From Eledone cirrhosa (lineage: Eukaryota), in assembly GCA_964016885.1 (NCBI GenBank), contig OZ024756.1:12400001-12464000 (forward strand): 64,000 nt of DNA, read 5' to 3'. The translations under genes and the position numbers were made by a program. This document shows positions 24,704 to 36,894 of the stretch, piece after piece. Positions within the stretch are counted from its first letter, which is position 1. Every line of letters starts with the position of its first letter. The notes under the pieces were generated by a model that was given only the letters and a program-made list of their open reading frames with translations, was not told where the DNA came from and ran no database searches.

Positions 24704-24778
24704 ATTAACACTAGTTGACTGGTCCTCTGAGGAAGGGGGAGAGTGAAACTTTATAAACGACAAACCATAATTAGTCAT
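24704..24778 (-). CDS. XRCC1: XRCC1 coding exon 5, 75 nt (105 nt if the donor at 24673 is used)
   Basis: gtttcag|ATG ACT AAT TAT GGT TTG TCG TTT ATA AAG TTT CAC TCT CCC CCT...AAT|gtaagt. YGLSFIKFHSPP matches human FGLSFVRFHSPP. Confidence 0.93.
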
Positions 24779-24804
24779 CTGAAACAGAAGTAGAAAACTA
24801 ATAA

Positions 24805-25975
24805 TAATGGTTTCTTATATAGGCACAAGGCCAGCAATTACCCCAGTGTATTACTGGTACTTTATTTTATCGACCCCGTAAGGATGAAAGGCAAAGTCAA
24901 CCTCTGCGGGATTTGAACTCAGATCGTAAAGGGACGTAACTATGCTGGAAAGCATGGCATCCGACCCTCTACTAATGGTTTCTTATATAGGCACAAGGCC
25001 AGCAATTTAGGGGAGAGGGGGAAAGTCTATTAAATCGACCCCAGTGCATTACTGGTACTTTATTTTATCGACCCCGTAAGGATGAAAGGCAAAGTCAACC
25101 TCTGCGGGATTTGAACTCAGATCGTAAAGGGACGTAACTATGCTGGAAAGCATGGCATCCGACCCTCTACTAATGGTTTCTTATATAGGCACAAGGCCAG
25201 CAATTTAGGGGAGAGGGGGAAAGTCTATTAAATCGACCCCAGTGCATTACTGGTACTTTATTTTATCGACCCCGTAAGGATGAAAGGCAAAGTCAACCTC
25301 TGCGGGATTTGAACTCAGATCGTAAAGGGACGTAACTATGCTGGAAAGCATGGCATCCGACCCTCTACTAATGGTTTCTTATATAGGCACAAGGCCAGCA
25401 ATTTAGGGGAGAGGGGGAAAGTCTATTAAATCGACCCCAGTGCATTACTGGTACTTTATTTTATCGACCCCGTAAGGATGAAAGGCAAAGTCAACCTCTG
25501 CGGGATTTGAACTCAGATCGTAAAGGGACGTAACTATGCTGGAAAGCATGGCATCCGACCCTCTACTAATGGTTTCTTATATAGGCACAAGGCCAGCAAT
25601 TTAGGGGAGAGGGGGAAAGTCTATTAAATCGACCCCAGTGCATTACTGGTACTTTATTTTATCGACCCCGTAAGGATGAAAGGCAAAGTCAACCTCTGCG
25701 GGATTTGAACTCAGATCGTAAAGGGACGTAACTATGCTGGAAAGCATGGCATCCGACCCTCTACTAATGGTTTCTTATATAGGCACAAGGCCAGCAATTT
25801 AGGGGAGAGGGGGAAAGTCTATTAAATCGACCCCAGTGCATTACTGGTACTTTATTTTATCGACCCCGTAAGGATGAAAGGCAAAGTTAACCTCGGTGGG
25901 ATTTGAACTCAGAACGTAAAGGGCCGTAACTCAATACCGCAAAGCATTTTGTCCGATGCTCTACCGATTTTGTCA
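24805..25975 (-). repeat. Tandem array of six SINE-B-derived units (198-bp period)
   Basis: taatggtttcttatatagg starts at 24805, 24973, 25171, 25369, 25567 and 25765. Confidence 0.95.
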
Positions 25976-26179
25976 CAAGGACATCGGATGAGGGAGACAT
26001 TACAAAGATAAGTTACATTAGGGTAGGGGTTTACATATAAATGGGTCACAAGTATACAATTATATCAGGCATTCAGTCCTTCTGGTAGAAAGATCTGAAT
26101 GCCTGAGGTTGATTCAAGAAGGCCACAGATCCACCAAAGGTCCTCTCCTGACTCTCATAATTTTATGTTAGTAACTTTG

Positions 26180-26393
26180 TTAACCCTTTACCATACATTA
26201 CTCTCTATATACTATTGTATTTTTGTGGTTAAGGCTTTATCTCACATAATATCGAATCTATGAGATTTTGATATTATTTATTTTGAGAACAACACCTTAA
26301 CATCAGTATGAGTGATTAGTTACGGCCAGTTTGAACAGAAAGAGGTGAAAGAATTCTGGCCGGATATGGCCAGTTTAAATGCTAAAGCATTAA
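26180..26393. mobile_element. AT-rich TTAA-bounded MITE, piggyBac-like ends; related copies at ~10470-10645, 34127-34325, 57520-57740
   Basis: Starts ttaaCCCTTT. The copy at 57740 ends gctAAAGGGttaa. Copies share the core ...gagaacaataccttaacatcagt...aattctggccggatatggcc. Confidence 0.6.
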
Positions 26394-27635
26394 GTTATAC
26401 TCCAAACACTAATGTGATAATAAGAATTTTATCTTACTAAATTTTGAATAAAATTATTTGAAAAATCATAGGCAGTCTCTTTCATAAGAAATATACAATC
26501 GTGGGTTGAAAAGTTCATACGCTGACTACAAAGGAGTGATGTTAGAGATGTGAAATCTTGCATGTATTAATTTCAACTCTTCTTATTAATAACTGCATTC
26601 TTTCTTTCCACATGTTGAAAAATAAACCCCATTTGGTCCTTCCATGAGAGTATCTTGGTCAACCTATGGATTTTCAGCCGACTCTTGTAGTAATATAAGG
26701 GTTACAGTGTTTATCATCATCGTCATTTTATGTCTGCTTTTCCCTGCTTGCAAGGGTGGGATGGGTCCTATTCAGCACAGCATCTCTCCATTTGTCACAG
26801 TCCTTCGTCATCTCCTCCGTGAGCTTCAGCGATCTGAAGTCTGCTCTCAGCACCTCCGCCCATTATTTTTGTGGTCTTCCTCTACTGCGTCTTCCTTCTA
26901 CTGGGATTTCTTGGCACTTCTTTACCCAGCGGTCATCCTCCATGCACATCACATGTCCTTACCATCTGTCTTCTCTCCCGTACACTACAACTTATCCCTC
27001 TTATACAGTTTCTCTCTCAACTCATCTATGCTTGGTCGTTCACGCACATTGACATTGCACATCCAACGGAGCATACTTGCTTCATTTCCCTCCAGCCGTC
27101 GCATATCCTCCACAGTTGCTGCCCATGTCTCACTACAATGCAGCATTGCACATCTCACACAGGCATCATATAACCGGCCTTTTGTACGCAGGGAGAAACC
27201 CTTTGTCAACAGTGGAAGCAGCTCCCTAAACCTCTTCCAACCCGTCCTTATTCTAGATACTATGGCCTCGGAACACCCACTCCCATGCTAATCTGATCAC
27301 CTAGGTTCCAGAAGCTATCAACTGCTTCTATAGAACCCACCTGTATTTGAAAAATGTGTCTATCACTGCGATTACTACTGTCAACTTTCCTTGTACATCT
27401 GCATACATAGTTTTCCCTACCTGTTAGTTTGCCTGCTATCCCACTACATCTCTTGTGTACCCAAGATCTGCATAGAATTTATGCCAGTTCCTTTTCTACA
27501 TATCGAACATGGCCATCATAATTTTATGTAAGAATTGTTAAGTTATGTTCCACACACTAGCTTAATGATAAGAAAGTTAGTTATATTACTAAATCTCCAA
27601 ATTCTTGATTATTTTTCAAAATTATTTGAAGACTA

Positions 27636-27850
27636 TAGGCAGAGTCTTTCATAAGAAATATGGTAATGAAAGGGTTAATGACATAGGCAGAGTCTTTCAT
27701 TAGAAATATGGTAATGAAAGGTTAATGACATAGACAGTGTCTTTTATTAGAAATATGGTAATGAAAGGGTTAAAGACATAGACAGTATCTTTCATTAGAA
27801 ATATGGTAATAAAAGGGTTAATGACATAGAAAGTGTCTTACATTAGAAAT
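27636..27850. repeat. 47-48-bp tandem repeat (~4.5 copies)
   Basis: Unit taggcagagtctttcattagaaatatggtaatgaaagggttaatgaca. Confidence 0.85.
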
Positions 27851-30141
27851 CATCATCATCATCTTCGTTTAACGTCCATTTTCCATGCTAGCATGGGTTA
27901 GGCGGGAGTTATCCCACTTGAGGCAAGGTTGGTCGGGTGACCGTGTCTCGCTCATATGGGACTATGTGGCAGGCTTTCTACGGCTGGATGCCCTTCCTAA
28001 CACCAACCACATTTACAGTGTGGAACTGGGAACTTTTTACCGTGTTACCTACACGGTAACATTACAGTGTGGACTGTGTGTTTTTTTGTCGTGACATCTA
28101 CACGATCTCAATCTCATTATCTTATTTATTTGGACTGGATGTTGTGGTACCAACTTTACAGAGAGAGGTTGGTGTTGGTCGGAGTGGGTAGGGGTAGTGA
28201 ATTGGGGTGTGTATTTGGTTAAGAGGTGCCTACTGACTATAGGTTTCGCTTTGTACATAGGCAAGGCAGGTCTTCTGTATTATTGCGTAGCGCCAAAGAT
28301 CTCGGCCCAGTGACATTGTCTTAGAGAGGTGCAAGTGTGTAAGGTCGAAATTTATCAGATTGTCCCAGGTTTTTCTGGGTCTACCTACTCCGTAACTACC
28401 ATCAATTTTGATCGCCCTGCACTTTTTTATACAGCTGTCGTCTTTCATGCGCATCACGTGGCCATACCAACATAGTCTTCTCTCAAGTAAACAGTATCTG
28501 ATCCCTCTTATTCCTAATTTCTCAGTTTATTTATGCTTTGCCGTTCACGTATATTACTATTACACATCCAACGGAGCATGCATGCTTCGTTCCTTTCCAG
28601 TGTGCGCAGGTCCTCTGCACGTAATGCCTATGTCTCACTGCCATGTAGCATTGCTGTTCGTATACAAGCATCATACAATCTGCCTTTCATTTTTAGAGAG
28701 AAACCTTTTGTGGCCAACAGCGGTATAAGCTCTCTGAACTTTTTCCATCCTGTTCTGACTCAGGCTACTGTACTTTCAGACCACCCTCCACCACTGCCGA
28801 TTTCGTCACCCAGGTATCGGAAAGTGTCTACTACTTCTATAGAACCATCTGGGCAATAGAAGGAGCTAGTATCCTGTGGACACCTGCTACCTATTGCACC
28901 TGAGCATCGGCCACATATAAAATCTACGTTCTTAGATAGTTTACCTGTGATCCCACTACATCTTTTATGTACCCATACTTTGCATTTGGGACATAAAATT
29001 GAATTTCTGCCTACTCCTTTCCTACACACTGAGCATGGCCATTTCCCTGAGGGTACCTGTGCCTTATTTTCCTTTCTACAAACTAGGACTTTAGTCTTAG
29101 ACAAGTTAACTTTAAGGCCTTTTGATTCTAGGCCATGCTTCCATGTTTTGAATTTTTTCTCTAGTTCAGCCATTGATTCAGCTATGAGCGTTAGATCATC
29201 TGCGTATAGGAGTTCCCATGGGCAGCCGGTCTTGAACTCCTCTGTTATAGCCTGAAGGGCAATAATAAATAGGAGGGGGATAAGGACAGAGCCTTGGTGA
29301 ACACCAACTTTTACACTAAATTCTTCACAATATTCATTGTTAATTCTAACTATAACTTCATTATACATAGCTTGTATAGCTCTCACAAGCCATTCATCTA
29401 CACCTAGTTTTCTAAGAGCCCATCAGATAATGGAGCGGGGGACTCTGTCAAAGGCTTTCTCCAGGTCTACAAAAGCTAAGTAGAGGGATTTACTTTTAGC
29501 TAGGTACTTCTCTTGTAGTTGTCGTACAAGGAAAAGAGCGCCTGTGGTACTTTTACCTGACACAAACTCAAACTGCATTTCATCTAGATCAATTCGCTCT
29601 CTGATTAGTTGTGCTATAACTCTTTCTGTGACCTTCATGACCTGGTCAACTAACTTAATGCCTCTATAGTTTCCTCTATCTAGAGCATCTCCTTTACCCT
29701 TGTAGCAGTTAATGATGATGCTGCTATGCCAGTCTTTTGGTATGACTCCATTCTGTATTACTTGGTTAACTATACGGGTGACCATAGTATGTCCCACCAT
29801 TCCAGATGCCTTCAACATCTCAGCAACTATCTCCGAAGGCCCAGCTGCCTCGCCTGTCTTCATATCTTTGATTGCCTTACTTATTATACTACCTTTAACT
29901 TGCACCGCTGGTCCTTCTATTGGATCGATTTGGGGCAGACTATCTTTTCCCCATTTATTCTCCTCATTTAATAATCTCTCATAGTGACACTTCCAGGCTA
30001 TCTTCTTATCAGCATCAGTTAGGGCAAGTACACCGTTATCATTAGGGACACACTTCTCCCCAACAATATCACGGTTTTCCTTGACACATTGTCTAGCAAT
30101 CCTGAACACCTCACATTTTTGGTCCTCACGTTGTAGAACAT
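27851..30141 (-). mobile_element. 5'-truncated RTE LINE (subfamily B) with RT, PHD-type finger and full 3'UTR
   Basis: ORFs 29423-30184 (NYRGIKL, FVDLEKAFD), 28760-29386 (GVHQGS, YADD, C4HC3) and 28230-28457. Tail at 27851. Confidence 0.93.
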
Positions 30142-32740
30142 GTATGGTAATGAAAGAGTTAAAGATATAGACGGTGTCTTTCATTAGAAATATGGTAACA
30201 GAAGGGTTAATTAACTATACATCTTTGTTATAAAGAAAAAAAATATGCAGCATTTTCTGGTTTTACAAGGAGATTTTAAGAAAAAAAAGAATTTCTTCAT
30301 AATCATTTTTCATCATTTCATTTCATTTTACGTCCGCTTTTTCCCTGCTTGCAAGGGTGGGACGGGAACTGATACTGGCTTGATTTCTACAGCTGGATGC
30401 CCTTCCTAACACCAACCTCATTTACAGTGAGTGCTGGGTGCTTCTTTGCCGTGGCACCTCCACGACCACTTTGCAGTGGAATATGGACCCCAGTCCCTAT
30501 CATCTCATTTCTACAGCTGAGTAAACTGGAGCAATGTGAAATAAAGTGTCTTGCTCAAGGAAACAACACATCACCCGGTCTGAGAATTGAACTCACAAAC
30601 TTTCGATTGCAAGGCCAATGCTCTAACCACTAAGCCATGTGCCTCCATAAATTTATTAAAAATTATTTCATTGTTTTTTCAGAAACTCTTATAAGTTCAA
30701 CATCATTTTACTGATATAAATGATATTGTATAACTGTAGTGGTAATACCAACTAAACTGTATTACTGTATTAGTAATACTAATAGTAATACAAACTAAAT
30801 TTGTTTAACCATGATTGTTCTCACTCTCTGTTCAGCCTCCCATCGGTGATAAGGGCTATAAATTGTATTACTGTAGAATCTAATATATAATGATTGGAGG
30901 GCTGTGGGGTTCTGTCAGGGATATTTTTTCTGAACACATTATTAAAATAAGTGGGATTACTTTGAATAAATAATGAATGAATATTATGTAATTTATCAAC
31001 TAAATTTCGTAGCTCTTGATTAAACATAAATATTCTTATATATAATGATTGCTTATTTTAAGATTCCCTTCTTTCCGGTTAGAGTCTGTTATATCATAAC
31101 ACATATAGCCATACACTACATCACATTGCTGATATAAACATTCATATATTTGCATCATAACGTTTATATTTCCGTCGCTAATTTTCTCCTTTTTCGTTTT
31201 CATTACATTTCCCCGTAATTTTTTTTTTTTTTTTTTACTTCCGCTTTTTCCCTGCCTGCAAGGGTGGGACGGGAACTGATTCTGGCTTGATTTCTACAGC
31301 TGGATGCCCTTCCTAACACCAACCTCATTTGAGGGTGCTTTTTTGCCGTGGCACCTACACGACCACTTTGCAGTGGAATGATATGGACCCCAGTCCCTAT
31401 CATCTCATTTCTACAGCTGAGTAAACTGGAGCAATGTGAAATAAAGTGTCTTGCTCAAGGAAACAACACATCACCCGGTCTGAGAATTGAACTCACAATG
31501 CTCTAACCACTAAGCCATGTGCCTCCATGTAATGCAGTTTATATATAATATCATCTATTTTAAATGTATCATGGATTACTTTACTGATTACAGAAGACAG
31601 TGTAACACAGTCTCTCTTCAAATTTCTGTGCATATTCTCAATTACGATTTTATTTGATGTATCATATCTACATGTATGTATCATCATCATCATCATCATC
31701 GTTTAACGTCTATCTTCCACGCTAGCATGGGTTTAGACGGGAATTGTCCCACTTGAGGCAAGATTGGTTGTCTTGCTCTTATAGGACTGTCTGGCAGGTT
31801 TTCTACGGCTGGATGCCCTTCCTAACACCAACCACGTTTACAGTGTATACTGGCGTATAATATCAATATACACACTACACATGCTAGCAGAAAACCCCCC
31901 GAAGGTTGGTTTTACTGCTAGTAATAATAATAATTGTTTCTACATTTGGCATAATGCCAGCAATTTGAAGGGAAGAAGGAAAGTGGATTGAATCAACTCA
32001 AGTGTGTTAGTGGTACTGTTGTGACACATCCCATACACAGACCACAAGTGCTTCAAAAGGTTGCTTGCTACACATTAGAGACCCTTCTACACATTCATCA
32101 TCATTGCATTTTACGTCCGCTTTTTCCCTGCTTGCAAGGGTGGGACGGGAACTGATTCTGGCTTGATTTCTACAGCTGGATGCCCTTCCTAACACCAACC
32201 TCATTTACAGTGAGTGCTGGGTGCTTTTTTGCAGTGGAATGATAGGGACCCCAGTCCCTATCATCTCATTTCAAAAGCTGAGTAAACTGGAGCAATGTGA
32301 AATAAAGTGTCTTGCTCAAGGAAACAACACATCACCCGGTCTGAGAATTGAACTCACAACCTCTCGATTGCAAGGCCAATGCTCTAACCACTAAGCCATA
32401 TGCCTTCATTAGTAATGTTAATAATAATGATTTCTTTATTAACCACAAGGGTTTACATAAAGTAGACATTAAGGACAGTGCAGGACAATGCAGGACGGTA
32501 CAAATGGGCATTTCTGCGTGTAAAAAAACAAAAACAAGAATTTAGTTTGTAATGTTAATAATAATACAAACTAAATTCTTTTAACCTTGATTGTCCTCAC
32601 TCTCCATTGTCCTGCCTCCCCTCGGTGGTACAGGTGAACTGGGCATAGGGAAGATTTGTTTATACGTTTTGTCTTTTTTAAAGTGCATCCAATACGTCAA
32701 TAAATATAATTTTAATAAGAAGAAAACCCAGAGAACTAAC

Positions 32741-32899
32741 TTTGTTAAATGGTTGTGTACAGATGATTTTTACACGGTCCCACTGTTCATCAGATACAGC
32801 CTTGGTCAACTTCTCTGCACCAAACATGCGTACGCTGCAGCGATTAGTGTTGTTGCGGCTATCCATAGGAGTCATGAATGATGATGTCACAAGAATCAC
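32741..32899 (-). CDS. XRCC1: XRCC1 coding exon 4, 159 nt
   Basis: ctcag|GTG ATT CTT GTG ACA TCA TCA TTC ATG...AAC AAA|gttagt. VILVTSSFMTP..VRMFGAEKL..WDRVKIICTQPFNK matches the XRCC1 N-terminal domain. Confidence 0.97.
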
Positions 32900-33162
32900 C
32901 TGAGATAATTAAATGGAAAATAACAATATATAGAAATATAAAATACCAACCCAAACCAAACAGTGAGTGTGTTTTACTATATATTTCTGGCAATAATATA
33001 ACAACAGGTACATTTATACCAATGGGGAAATGCTTAAATTTCGTTTAGCCTTTAGCACGCTGAATTTTTTTATGAATTGCTTCCCTTGACACTGTATTAA
33101 GGGGAGGTTACTCTATTGGCGACTTATGTCGCCCACAGTGCCAAGTAGGTTAAATAATCACT

Positions 33163-33489
33163 ATCATCATCATCAACGTTTAACATCTATCTTCCACGCT
33201 AGCATGGGTTTAGACGGGAATTGTCCCACTTGAGGCAAGATTGGTCGGGTGACCACGTCTCGCTCGTATAGGGCTGTCTGGCAGGTTTTCTACGGCTGGA
33301 TGCCCTTCCTAACACCAACCACGTTTACAGTGTGGAACTGGGAGGTTTTTACTGCGTTACCCACACGGCCACATTACAGCGTGGACTGTGTGTTTTTTTT
33401 TTTGTCGTGACACCTACACGACCTCATTTATTTTGGACTGGATGTTGTGGTACCAACATAACTTTACAGAGAAAGAGTGGTGTTAGTGG

Positions 33490-33522
<33 letters not shown>

Positions 33523-33555
33523 GGTATATTTGGTTAAGAGGTGCCTACTGACTGT
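33163..33555 (-). mobile_element. RTE-B 3'UTR-only insertion; similar tails at 31680-31850(-) and 46333-46635(+)
   Basis: (CAT)n tail, ggatgcccttcctaacaccaacc motif, two 49-bp-type units, ggtgcctactgactgta. Confidence 0.8.
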
Positions 33556-33688
33556 AAGAGATATTAGTCAGTATTCAGTATATAACAGAATTATATAGTT
33601 TAGAGGAATAGAGGAATTGTTGTAATGGGGAACTGTGATACAGAGAAATAGAGCAAAGTCGATTACATCAACCCCAGTATATGACTGG

Positions 33689-33968
33689 TGGAGGTGCATG
33701 GCCATGTGGTAAGGATGTTGGACTTACAATCATATTGTCGTGGGTTTGATTTCTGGACTGGGTTATAGGTTGTGTTCTTGAGCAAAACATTTCATTTCAC
33801 ATTGCTACAGTATAATCAGCTCAAAATGAGTACCAGTAATAACTGGAGGTTTAACGGAGCAATGGACTAGCGTCCTGTCCAGGGGGGGGGAGTCTTAACA
33901 CAACAGAAACTGAGATAAGCACTGGCCTGAAGACTCTCCAGGTTCGAGACAGACTTTAGACACTTTAG
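33689..33968 (+). mobile_element. tRNA-derived CORE-type SINE family C; related copy at ~61030-61285 and a CORE-SINE head at 56796-56910
   Basis: tRNA-like head, cttgagcaaaacatttcatttcacattgct core, then caatggact.g.gtcctgt.cagggg...gataagcac..gcctga and an (agactt)n-like tail. Confidence 0.65.
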
Positions 33969-34516
33969 ACTGGTACTTTATTTTATCAACCTCAGGAGAA
34001 TGAAAGGCAAAGTTGACCTCAGCAGTGTTTGAACACAGATAAGTAGAAATATGGTAGCAAAAGGGTTAAAGTGTCTAGATATATCTAAAAACTTTCAATA
34101 ATAATAATTGTAAGTAAAAACCTTTGTTAACCTTTTAACATTTACATTACTCTATATTTACTATTGTATTTTTGTGGTAAACACTATTTCACATAATATC
34201 AAATCTTTGAGATTTTGATATTATTTATTTTGAGAACAATACCTTAACATCAGTATGAGTGATTAGTTACGGCCAGTTTGAATAGAAAGAGGTGAGAGAA
34301 TTCTGGCCGGATATGGCTGGTTTAACCTTTAGAATGCTAGAAATTTTTATGAATTGCTTCCCTTCACCCTGCATTATGTATTAAGGGGAGGTCACTATCC
34401 AGAGTGTCCTGAAGATTAAGATATGTTCCAAACACAAGCTTAATAATAAGAAAGTTAGCTAAATTACTCAGGTTCTCTTTCATTAGAAATATGGTAATAG
34501 AAGAGTTAAAACAAAC

Positions 34517-34618
34517 CTTGAAATCTTCATTAGAAGAGGATCGGGCAACCAAAACCTCAATAAATGCAGAACCATCATTTCCAATGTCAATTGAATGAAT
34601 TCTGGAGGCTTTTTCAAA
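34517..34618 (-). CDS. XRCC1: XRCC1 coding exon 3, 102 nt
   Basis: gttcag|TTT GAA AAA GCC...TTC AAG|gtttgt. FEKASRIHSIDIGNDGSAFIEVLV matches human LEKEEQIHSVDIGNDGSAFVEVLV. Confidence 0.97.
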
Positions 34619-34704
34619 CTGAACACAGACAAAATATAACAAATATTGATTAAATTCAATCAAGTTTATATTAAGAGAGGGAGTTAAAACACATATGTAT
34701 GTAT

Positions 34705-34705
<1 letters not shown>

Positions 34706-34735
<30 letters not shown>

Positions 34736-35370
34736 ACTGTGTGTGAGAGAGAGAGGAAGAGAGACTGTATGTGAGAGAGAGGAAGAGAGACTGTGTGAGA
34801 GAGAGAGAGGAAGAGAGACTGTGTGAGAGAGAGAGGAAGAGAGAGACTGTGTGTCAGAGAGAGAGAGGAAGAGAGACTGTGTGTGAGAGAGAGAGGAAGA
34901 GAGACTGTGTGTGAGAGAGAGAGGAAAAGAGACTGTGTGAGAGAGAGGAAGAGAGACTGTGTGTGAGAGAGGAAGAGAGACTGTGTGTGAGAGAGAGAGG
35001 AAGAGAGACTGTGTGTGTGAGAGAGAGGAAGAGAGACTGTGTGTGTGTGTGTGAGAGAAAGAGAGACTGTGTGTGAGAGAGAGAGGAAGAGAGACTGTGT
35101 GTGAGAGAGAGAGGAAGAGAGACTGTGTGTGAGAGAGAGAGGAAGAGAGACTGTGTGTGAGAGAGAGGAAGAGAGACTGTGTGTGTGAGAGAAGAAGAGA
35201 GACTGTGTGTGTGAGAGAAGAAGAGAGACTGTGTGTGTGTGTGAGAAGAAGAGAGACTGTGTGTGAGAAGAAGAGAGACTGTGTCAGTGAGAGAGAGGAA
35301 GAGAGTGTGTGTGAGAGAGAGGAAGAGAGACTGTGTGTGTGTGTGTGAGAGAAGAAGAGAGACTGTGTGC
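34706..35370. repeat. Compound (GA)/(GT) minisatellite
   Basis: Repeated gagagaggaagagagactgtgtgt units of variable length. Confidence 0.93.
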
Positions 35371-35583
35371 ATGTATGACAGACACATAGATAGATTTCTT
35401 TATTTACCATAAAGGCATAAAAAGAAGGGACAAATACAAAGGGGGAGTTTACATATAATCGAGTAAAAAGGGTGTAACATGAAAATAATCGAAAAACAGA
35501 CACATAGATAGCCAGACAACCAGACAGATAGATAGGCAGATAGATTGACGAACAGACAGGCATATAGAGAGATAGAGAGTTAC

Positions 35584-35676
35584 CTGTAGGATGGCAGACA
35601 AGGATTTCTCTCCTGTGCCGGCTGACTTCCATTTGTGGACACCATCAGGTTTCAGGAGATTATCAGCTGGATTGTT
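35584..35676 (-). CDS. XRCC1: XRCC1 coding exon 2, 93 nt
   Basis: ttttccag|AAC AAT CCA GCT GAT AAT CTC CTG AAA...CTA CAG|gtaact. ADNLLKPDGVHKWKSAGTGEKSLSAILQ matches human AENLLKADTYRKWRAAKAGEKTISVVLQ. Confidence 0.96.
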
Positions 35677-35954
35677 CTGGAAAATAATGATTTCTAGTAT
35701 TAGCACAAGGCTAGTAATTTGGAGGAGGGGACAGTCGATTAAATCGACCCCAGTACATTACTGGTGCTTTATTTTATTGATCCCGTAAGGATGAAAGGCA
35801 AAGAGTTAACCTCGGTTGGATTTGAACTCAGACCGTAAAGGGCCGTAACTCTATGCTGCAAAGCATGGTGTCCGACTCTCTACCGATACTGCCAATCCAC
35901 CACCCTCCTGGAAAATAATAAAAGCAGTTACTGAATTAGGGACTTGGGTAAAAT

Positions 35955-36758
35955 ACACCCAGTCCACCCTGTAAGGTGGTAGTGTTGGTATCATGAAAAA
36001 ACACGAAGTCCATCCAGTATGGTGGTAGTGTTGGTGCCATGTCAAAAAACACCCAGTCCACCCTGTAAGATGGTAGTGTTGGTGTCATGACAAAACACAC
36101 CCAGTCCATCCTGTAAGGTGGTAGTGTTGGTGCCATGTCAAAATACACCCAGTCCACCCTGTAAGATGGTAGTGTTGGTGTCATGACAAAACACACCCAG
36201 TCCACCCTGTAAGGTGGTAGTGTTGGTGCCATGTCAAAAAACACCCAGTCCACCCTGTAAGATGGTAGTGTTGGTGTCATGAAAAAACACGAAGTCCATC
36301 CAGTATGGTGGTAGTGTTGGTGCCATGTCAAAAAACACCCAGTCCACCCTGTAAGATGGTAGTGTTGGTGTCATGACAAAACACACCCAGTTCACCCTGT
36401 AAGATGGTAGTGTTGGTGCCATGTCAAAAAACACCCAGTCCACCCTGTAAGATGGTAGTGTTGGTGTCATGACAAAACACACCCAGTCCACCCTGTAAGG
36501 TGGTAGTGTTGGTGCCATGTCAAAATACACCCAGTCCACCCTGTAAGGTGGTAGTGTTGGGGCCATGACAAAAAACCCAGTCCACCCTGTAAGGTGGTAG
36601 TGTTGGTGCCATGTCAAAATACACCCAGTCCACCCTGTAAGGTGGTAGTGTTGGGGCCATGACAAAAAACCCAGTCCACCCTGTAAGGTGGTAGTGTTGG
36701 TGCCATGTCAAAATACACCCAGTCCACCCTGAAAGGTGTTAGTGTTGGTGTCACAAAA
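35955..36758. repeat. ~48-bp array (~16-17 units), a diverged relative of the 49-bp satellite in opposite orientation
   Basis: Unit cacccagtccaccctgtaaggtggtagtgttggtgccatgtcaaaata is the reverse complement of ttacagggtggactgggtg... Confidence 0.92.
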
Positions 36759-36858
36759 ACGCTCACCATATGTGTGTGTATGTATATATATATATATCAT
36801 CCTTTAACGTCCACTTTCCCGGCTAGCAAGGGTAAGACAGGCCTCTCTATCTCTCTCC

Positions 36859-36894
<36 letters not shown>

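Noticed and set aside
34364-35632. 422-aa ORF as a single protein
   Set aside because: Read-through of a (GA)/(GT) repeat; only 34517-34618 is a real in-frame exon.
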